From Acaryochloris marina S15 (lineage in GTDB: Bacteria; Cyanobacteriota; Cyanobacteriia; Thermosynechococcales; Thermosynechococcaceae), in the NCBI RefSeq assembly GCF_018336915.1, contig NZ_CP064921.1, positions 90,001 through 122,000 of the forward strand: DNA of 32,000 nt, in the 5' to 3' direction. Made by a program: the position numbers and the translations under genes. Of the stretch, positions 25,345-32,000 are shown one piece after another; the first letter of the stretch is position 1, and every line of letters begins with the position of its first letter. The notes beneath the pieces are model-generated. The model was given only the letters and a program-made list of their open reading frames with translations, ran no database searches and was not told the origin of the DNA.

Positions 25345-26851
25345 CTGACTTTTCCTGCTAAGTCTCCTGGGTAGCTAACAGCCAGCCTTCAATCAGGTCA
25401 TTGAGCTTCGCCCACCCTTTCCACAGGACTTGAATTCCAATCGGTGTGTTTCGACGATGCTCCAGATATCCCCCGAGTCGTGCAACTGCTTGAACAGCCC
25501 ATGCCACCGTTAATGTTTTAGGTACCTTCGGGGTCTTGGCAATGAGAACTTTGATCTGTAAAGGCGTGAGGACATCTTGTGCAGGTAATTGAGGTTGTGT
25601 TCGTTCTAAATAAGTCACACGCAACAGCTCTACAGCAGTGACACACAGGAATCCCAATAAGGTTTTCATTCCCTCAGATGCCAACCGATATCGCTCCACC
25701 TGAGTGCCCGATTTTAGAACTTTGTGATACTCCTCAACTCGCCAACGGTAGGTGTACCAACGCAAAATGGTTTGGGCCATTTCTACTGTTGTCACGACTT
25801 CACTAGTGAGCAACATCCATGACACTGGTTCTTCCCCTTCAGGTGGGGCTACTTCTGTTGCATAGACAGCGTAAACCTGAAGGGGTTGACTGGCAGCTAG
25901 TCGGGCTGGTCTTTGAAGTTCAACAAGACAACATCTCACAGCTAACTTAGCCGTGCGCGCACTCCGGCCTTTCGTTTTAGGTAAGTCAATCTCATACTCG
26001 AACTGAACACTCTGGGCTTCCAGCTTTTCCCACAGGCGATTAGGATCGTGTTCTAGACAACGATTATGAGAGGCTCTAACCACGAGTCCCGTATTGTCTA
26101 GGGTATTGAGTCGTTCAAAGACTTCAGCAATGTCTCCTTCTCGGTCAAAGACATGAATGATACGAGTTGAAGGACCCACAGCTTTCTCCACTGCGTGCAG
26201 TGCTTCCACCCAACGATAGGATTCTTTTTCCTCAAATAGACGCTCCCGAGCAGTTTTACGCGCTTTGGTCTGACGTTTCTTCTTTTGTCGGGACGTTTCA
26301 TTCTTCGGGGGCTTGGGACGATGCTGACGATTCCACACTTTTTGCCATAACAAACCCAAGGGTTGGCCCTGCTCAGGGTCAACGGCTAAGGCACTATGGA
26401 GTAATAATCCATTCCCCCCTCTGCCTTGGGGACCATAGCCTTGGCGCTTCTGCTTGATACCTTCATAGTCGAGGAAGGTGGTGTCGCCAACACTCAAGGT
26501 CATCTCTTGCGACGATACGCTACAAGCGGTCATAGAACAATGAGGAGAAATAATCTTAGCGAAGCTGGTTTTCACATTTGCGAAAACTCGTAAGACCGTT
26601 TGAGGGCTTTCCCAGTCTCAAATACGGTCGATAGGGCTTGACCAAATTTCTCGCTCAGAGAACGACCGATACTGAATGCACGGTGATTCAATCGTTGATC
26701 ACCCAACTCACAGGTTCCAAAATTTTGCTCATAACGCTCTGGACTCATTAGATGCTCTCTGGGTATCACTGCACTTACTTTAACCAAGGCTGAGACTAAG
26801 GGCTACAAATACCACCCACTAAGCACTGGAAGACTTAGCAGGAAAAGTCAG
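25345..26851 (-). mobile_element. IS4-family (Tn5/IS50-like) insertion sequence
   Basis: Perfect 21-bp IRs CTGACTTTTCCTGCTAAGTCT (25345-25365, and reverse complement of 26831-26851). 10-bp direct repeat AAACCAGAAC at 25335-25344 and 26852-26861. Confidence 0.9.
25358..26787 (-). pseudogene. Tn5-like IS4-family transposase, frameshifted into two ORFs
   Basis: The N-terminal 71-aa ORF (..CELGDQRLNHR..KRSYEF) and the 405-aa ORF (..DTTFLDY..VFDREGD..YTYRWRVEEYHKVLKSG) align collinearly with Tn5 Tnp. The junction is at the A4 run 26583-26586 (T4 on the coding strand). Confidence 0.85.
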
Positions 26852-27019
26852 AAACCAGAACCAGCACACAAACTCCAAGCCCCACCGTTCCTAGGGTCAT
26901 AATCAGACTATTGATCTGAGTATGAAACTTCCGGCCCCAAAGACTGGCTAAATGATGATGTGGTGGTTTAGACATGGGCTAACTACTATTCTCATTTTGG
27001 CACTCCCTCCCACAAGGCT

Positions 27020-27472
27020 TTATTGATCTAACTGAACAATCGGCTGCTGAGAAGAATAGTTGTTAATATTTGCTCCAATAGTGTCATAGTTACCCTCTTT
27101 CTTCGCTTGAGGAATGTGGTTAATAGCACGCTCAAGTAATAGATTGAGCAAGGTCCTCAAACCAATAATCAGAATTAACCGTCCAATATCTTCCAACTGT
27201 TTGGAGAACATAGTGTTGAGGATTGTAGCCCCGATCAAGAAACTAAGTCCCAAAGAAAAAGCGTATCCCATTTCGAGGCGACTTCTCTGAAATGCGATCG
27301 GAGTATGAGGTTGAAGGAGTGAATTCTTTAAGAATATGAATAAGCCCTTGCAAATTCCCACAAAAACTACAAACAGGGCCAATAGCTGGCATAAGCTAAT
27401 TAGTATCGTATTCAGAAGCAATACTAAAACTGCTAAACCATCGGCAAAAGAATTAACAGATTCCATAGTCAT
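27020..27472 (-). CDS. DUF1622-like integral membrane protein
   Basis: 150 aa with 4 hydrophobic segments and the pattern ..SRLEMGYAFSLGLSFLIGATILNT..LILIIGLRTLLNLLLERA. Starts 3 nt after the antiporter stop. Confidence 0.6.
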   Translation of the reverse strand: MTMESVNSFADGLAVLVLLLNTILISLCQLLALFVVFVGICKGLFIFLKNSLLQPHTPIAFQRSRLEMGYAFSLGLSFLIGATILNTMFSKQLEDIGRLILIIGLRTLLNLLLERAINHIPQAKKEGNYDTIGANINNYSSQQPIVQLDQ

Positions 27473-27475
27473 TTG

Positions 27476-28946
27476 TTATTGACAACTTGCCGATAGTTCT
27501 TGGGTGGGATTACTTGTTGCTAAGCGATCATGAAAAATTTTATTTGGTTCGCTCACTAGGATTGTTGACACCTTGAGTCGCTCTAGAAGAGGAGTTGTAT
27601 GGGTCCCAAGATTTAGACCATTCCCTAAACGACGATATAGCAATCTCAATATCACAAGGTCATAATCTTTCGATATCTGAGCAATAGCTGATATGGGTAA
27701 TTCAGCTTCCAGTAGTAAAGTTTTTATCCTACATTCTACTGCTGGCAATTGATCAATAAGCCTCTCCATCTGCATTTTGATCCGGGCGCGTTCCTTTTCC
27801 GGGGATCGAGGGCTACAAATATGCAACAGTGTAATTTGGCCTTGGTTTGCCGATGCCAATATCTGCGCAAACCGCAGAGTTCTAAGAATGACAGGGTTTG
27901 GATCCTTGATGGGCACCAAAATATTTTGCAGATACAAGGGTGAGACTAGCAGCTGAGCAACTACGACTGGGCAATGAGCAGCACACATGACTGCATATTG
28001 GATGCTATTGAACCAGCGATCATTTAATCGAGTCCGTTTGCCCATGCCTAAGACAATTAAATTGGCATTTTCTTCCCGACCCACATGGCTAATCGCTTGG
28101 GCAACATTGCCGTCAATGCGAAGTTTGGGCTGCATATGTGCCCCAATGGATTTATTGAAACTTACAGCGGCAGTTAGTCGATGCTGACAGTATGACAAAG
28201 CCTTCTCTAGCTGAGGCGCATTCATCTGAGGTTGTGCTAATGCGATGGCTAAGGGAATGATTCGGCCATTTTCATAGCAGGAGATCAATGCTGCCAACTC
28301 AATTAAAAATTGTTCAGTTTTTGGGTTGTATACAGGAACCACAACTGAGAAGAGTTCGGGACTATTGCTGGGAAGTGGCAACCAATCAAAGGAAAGGTTC
28401 GGGTCAAAGGTCTTTTGTACTGCTAACTGGCGAGCAAACCGAGAAGTCACCAGCGGTCCTAAGATCGACGTGAGCAGCATCATGAGAATGACGCTGTTAA
28501 ACACCTGAATATTGATGATATTGGCTTCGTAGCTCACCAACGCTGCAGCCAAAGTTGCAGCCACTTGAGGAATGGACAGTGACCACATGGCCCAAAACTG
28601 AGGCCAGCTATAACTAAAAAGATATTTGGTACAGAGGGATGCCAACATTTTAGTCGTGAGCAAAGTGCTTACAACTACCAACGGCAACTGTATCGAGGCA
28701 AAAATACTGCTGAAGGCTTTCAGGTCTAACAATAACCCCATGTTGATGAAAAACATGGGAATAAAGAGGACACTACCCAAAAATTCTGTTTTTTCTTTAA
28801 CGGGGCCATCTCCAATGATGCTGTTAATGGCTAGCCCAGCTAGAAAGGCCCCAATAATATTTTCTACTCCAATCAATTGGGCTACTACAGCACTCAAAAA
28901 GACCGAGAGCATGACAAATAAGAACTGATTACCTTCATCCTTACCT
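27476..28946 (-). pseudogene. CPA2-type cation/proton antiporter, C-terminal fragment (TM core + two USP-like domains)
   Basis: DEGNQFLFVMLSVFLSAVVAQLIGVENIIGAFLAGLAI... transporter core followed by USP-like repeats. The listed ORF's first ~24 codons (to 29017) are IS-derived. Confidence 0.85.
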
Positions 28947-30449
28947 TTGGAGTTTAGACTAATAGCTCCTTTTAAGAAAAAGAAAAGACAGTCAGTTTGA
29001 AGCAACCGACTGCCCAATGATTAAAGCTGAAGATTGAACCTCTCAACAGCTTTATCATGACTAGTCTGGACAAACTAAAGAACTTTCGCCAGTCAATCTA
29101 CTACCGATTAGGGAATGCGAAGGATGCTTTATTCGACTTGATGGATGCAGTACTTACCACTCGCAGCATCAGTTCATTTGTAGAGCTGTCCCTCAGTCCC
29201 CTGTTTCGCCGCAAATGGCCGAGTATTTATAAAGCCCTTCAAGATGCCGATCCTTCTCGTCAACTCTTGATGGAGGCATATGCCAAGGAGATTCCCCCAT
29301 CAGAGCTGATCGTCTTGGCGGGAGACCATACGGCCTGGCCACGGATTTATGCTAAGACTCTGCGTGAACGCACATATGAACACCAACCTCAACCGCTAAG
29401 TGGTGTGAAACCCATCACCCTTGGCCAAGGGTACAGCAGCATTGCCTGGATTCCTGAAGCCCAAGGGAGTTGGGCATTACCTTTAGTGCATGAACGCATC
29501 ACCAGTTTTGAAACGCCACTGGAGAAAGCCGCTACTCAACTGCGGCAAGTGTGTCTCCAACTGACGGGTCTGATTCTCTTTTTGGCAGATAGTGAGTATG
29601 GGTGTGCCCCCTTTCTCAAACAGAGTGCAGATATACTCTGTGACCAACTCTTGCGATTACGTCCCAACCGAGTCCTCTATCAGGACCCTCCTCCATATCA
29701 GGGCAAAGGTCGACCCCGAAAACATGGTGCTAAATTCGCCCTCAAAGCTCCAGATACGTGGCATGAACCTCAAGAGCAGCTGATGTTCGAGGACAATGAG
29801 CTGGGACGAGTGCGAGTGAGGTGCTGGACATCTCTGCATTTCAAGCAGGCAGCAGAACATCCGTTTTCAGTCATTTTAATAGAGCGATTGGATGCTCCAT
29901 CCTCAAAACCGTTGTGGCTCGTTTGGATTTCCAAACAGCATCTGAGCGTGACTCAATTGTGGCGTCAGTATCTCCGTCGATTTGCCCTGGAGCATTGGTA
30001 TCGGTTTGTTCGTCAACGTCTACATTGGACCGTCCCGCAACTGTCCACAGCGGAGCAAATGGAAGCCTGGTCTGACCTGATGCCAGTGCTTACCTGGCAA
30101 CTATGGCTGGCTCGTACCCTCGTTAAAGATACGCCACTACCCTGGCAAAAACAGATGGCCTCATTGTCTCCAGGACGGGTTGCTGACTCTATTACTGCTC
30201 TTTTAGCTAGGATTGGTTCCCCTGCAACTGACCCCAAACCTCGTGGAAAGTCGCCGGGGTGGACGACAGGTAGAAAAAGAACTCAGCGACCTCGCTATCC
30301 AACTGTAAGGAAAAGAGCATCTAAGCCCAAAAAGAAGGAGAAGGTAGCAGCCTAATCTACCGATTTAACTCCCACCAACTGCATTCACGTCAGTACTTCT
30401 CTTGCGTGATAATTTCTGCTGAAGGTACTTTTTTTAGTCTAAATTCCAA
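28947..30449 (+). mobile_element. IS701/IS4-superfamily insertion sequence
   Basis: 16-bp IRs TTGGAGTTTAGACTAA (28947-28962) against the reverse complement of 30434-30449 (TTGGAATTTAGACTAA). 6-bp direct repeat TTACCT at 28941-28946 and 30450-30455. Confidence 0.8.
29057..30355 (+). CDS. DDE transposase (IS701/IS4-like; family assignment tentative)
   Basis: 432 aa filling the IR-bounded element, with ADSEYG and GKGRPRKHG motifs and a basic C-terminal tail. The family is judged from memory only. Confidence 0.7.
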   Translation: MTSLDKLKNFRQSIYYRLGNAKDALFDLMDAVLTTRSISSFVELSLSPLFRRKWPSIYKALQDADPSRQLLMEAYAKEIPPSELIVLAGDHTAWPRIYAKTLRERTYEHQPQPLSGVKPITLGQGYSSIAWIPEAQGSWALPLVHERITSFETPLEKAATQLRQVCLQLTGLILFLADSEYGCAPFLKQSADILCDQLLRLRPNRVLYQDPPPYQGKGRPRKHGAKFALKAPDTWHEPQEQLMFEDNELGRVRVRCWTSLHFKQAAEHPFSVILIERLDAPSSKPLWLVWISKQHLSVTQLWRQYLRRFALEHWYRFVRQRLHWTVPQLSTAEQMEAWSDLMPVLTWQLWLARTLVKDTPLPWQKQMASLSPGRVADSITALLARIGSPATDPKPRGKSPGWTTGRKRTQRPRYPTVRKRASKPKKKEKVAA

Positions 30450-30591
30450 TTACCTGTCTTATAAAAAAAGAATCTCCCAAATCGTTTGAGTCCCACTAGA
30501 ATTGCAAAGGTATATAACGTCAACGCTCCTAAGAGGGTTAACAGTTTTATCGCTGTAAAGTTTCCCTGGTTGATGCCTAGGCAAATCGCTA
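30450..30591 (-). pseudogene. CPA2 antiporter, middle fragment between two ISs
   Basis: The minus strand reads (L)AICLGINQGNFTAIKLLTLLGALTLYTFAILVGLKRFGRFFFYKTG. It is in frame with both neighbouring fragments after conceptual IS excision. Confidence 0.75.
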
Positions 30592-31825
30592 TAGATCTAC
30601 AGATAAAGATCCGTGATTAGCTAGGCAGCTTGTGTACCCAAGGTTTTGCAATATTTGCCCATTAAGACAGTAATTTCATTGGGAGTCTGACTAAAGTACA
30701 GTAGCCCCTCATCGACCTGCTGAACTAAGTCATCAAATTGCTTGAAGAACCGTAGGTGTGTGCTGCGTTTTTTGAGTTTCTTCCACAAGAATTCAATTGG
30801 GTTGAAGTCAGGAGAATATGTGGGTAATTGGAAAGGAGTAAGGCGAGCGGATTGCTGGTCAAAGAACTGCTTAGTTGCTTTACTGGTGTGATATCTAGCC
30901 CCGTCCTGAATGAGAATAATATGCTTGTGAGTCTGCTGGAGTACTTGAGTTAGAAAAGCAGTATACCCTTCAGAATTGAAGCGTCCCGTCTGACCTTGAT
31001 AGAAGAACTGACCAGAATGATAATCAATTAATCCAAACACCTTGTAAGCCTTCCGTTTACCACTGGTGGGCAATGTTGGCTGGTCTCCACGAAGACTCCA
31101 GGTGTAGCTTAACGACCCCCACTGCGCAAAACTGGCCTCATCCCCAAATAAAATTAGGGCATCTTTGGCTGCTGATAAACGCAAAATCTCAGGCCATTTG
31201 TGTGTCATCCATTCTTGTCGCTTGGCTTCATTGAGATGAGCTGCAACAAACCGTGCTCTTTGAAATGAAAAGCCTAAGTTCCTCAGTAGAGTACTCACAT
31301 AATGGGGATGATAGGAAACATTGAAGCGTTTCGCAATCAGGTCTTGAACCATTAATGCACTCCAACAACCACACTCGTATCCAGCTTTGAGCGGACCTGC
31401 TTTAATCCATGACTTGAGCTGTTGTCGTTGCCGTGGAGTGAGTTTGCTGCGACGTCCTTGAGACGCTTTGTATCTAAAGCTAGCGATACCTCGTTTTAGA
31501 AATGCATGCAGATAATCCCTGATCGTTTGTTCGCCTAGTGCCAATGTTTCAGCTACCTGTGCCACTGAACCACCTTGACCAAGCTGCAATAAAGCACTAA
31601 TACGTTTGACCAGACGTAAATTCTGACTCCCGTATGCCTGGCGCAGTTTAGCTTCAATCTTTTTGCGTGTTGATTGGGTAAAGCGCAGTTTGAATTGTGC
31701 GAGCATACTGGATGACCTCTGATAATCTTGAAATCCTTGCCAGAGCTAAGAGTATCAGGAGCTAGTTACTATATTTAATGAAGATGTAGTGTCGCTAAAA
31801 CCACGGATGCTTTTCTGAAGATCTA
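30592..31825 (-). mobile_element. IS630-family insertion sequence
   Basis: 24-bp IRs with 4 mismatches: TAGATCTACAGATAAAGATCCGTG against reverse complement TAGATCTTCAGAAAAGCATCCGTG. TA dinucleotide duplication at 30590-30591 and 31826-31827. Confidence 0.85.
30621..31706 (-). CDS. IS630-family (Tc1/mariner-superfamily) DDE transposase
   Basis: 361 aa with N-terminal HTH regions, then LFGDEA...LIQDGARYH...YSPDFNPIEFLW, typical of IS630 transposases. Confidence 0.9.
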   Translation of the reverse strand: MLAQFKLRFTQSTRKKIEAKLRQAYGSQNLRLVKRISALLQLGQGGSVAQVAETLALGEQTIRDYLHAFLKRGIASFRYKASQGRRSKLTPRQRQQLKSWIKAGPLKAGYECGCWSALMVQDLIAKRFNVSYHPHYVSTLLRNLGFSFQRARFVAAHLNEAKRQEWMTHKWPEILRLSAAKDALILFGDEASFAQWGSLSYTWSLRGDQPTLPTSGKRKAYKVFGLIDYHSGQFFYQGQTGRFNSEGYTAFLTQVLQQTHKHIILIQDGARYHTSKATKQFFDQQSARLTPFQLPTYSPDFNPIEFLWKKLKKRSTHLRFFKQFDDLVQQVDEGLLYFSQTPNEITVLMGKYCKTLGTQAA

Positions 31826-32000
31826 TAGTACCAAAAGCGACCCAATATCCGTAAAAATAGTAGCCCCCACAGTTATTGTGATAGCTTCATCTCCGACTAC
31901 CCCAAATTTCTGAATAATGGGATATGCCAGCAGAGTATGTGATGCCAAAAGCGACCCAATCAGAACGGCTGCTAGCCAGCCAAGTTGAAACAGTAGACCC
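31826..32000 (-). pseudogene. CPA2 antiporter, N-terminal-side fragment (continues beyond the window)
   Basis: The minus strand reads GLLFQLGWLAAVLIGSLLASHTLLAYPIIQKFGVVGDEAITITVGATIFTDIGSLLVL, then hits a TAG created at the IS630 junction. Confidence 0.75.

Noticed and set aside
25171-25374. 67-aa plus-strand ORF between the PAP2 gene and the IS
   Set aside because: It is antisense to the conserved upstream continuation of the PAP2 reading frame and crosses the IS terminus.
1-32000. Scan for CRISPR arrays, tRNA or rRNA genes, and long tandem repeats
   Set aside because: I saw no regularly spaced direct repeats, no cloverleaf-like segments and no rRNA-like conserved blocks. A manual scan cannot exclude small RNAs.

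Overview
IS-dense accessory or plasmid-like region, probably cyanobacterial. Supporting signs are three HIP1 octamers (GCGATCGC), DUF1400 and pentapeptide-repeat proteins, and a parA-parB partition operon. I find five complete insertion sequences with recognisable terminal inverted repeats: ISAs1-like, single-ORF IS66-like, Tn5/IS4-like, IS701/IS4-like and IS630-like. Four of them have intact target-site duplications. There is also one ~100-bp MITE-like insertion. Several host genes are visibly broken. A DUF5131/gp37 gene is split by the MITE. A CPA2-type antiporter is split by two ISs. A PAP2 phosphatase carries an IS insertion and an in-frame TGA. rimK is frameshifted in a G5 run. One uridine-kinase-like fragment remains. 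Intact content includes a co-directional cassette of small Cys-rich proteins with an ASCH-domain protein, and a Crp / CheY-receiver / EAL signalling trio. It also includes parAB with an 18-bp perfect palindrome present twice (candidate parS/operator), two secreted DUF1400 paralogs, and a rimK-associated three-gene module. The most unusual locus is a minus-strand cluster at 18.2-22.0 kb. It holds an MreB-family gene 3 nt downstream of a pentapeptide-repeat gene, behind genes for a membrane coiled-coil protein, a double PRC-barrel protein and a C-terminally anchored protein, with no mreC/mreD. No rRNA, tRNA or CRISPR array was recognised. All family calls come from reading the translations by eye, not from database searches.
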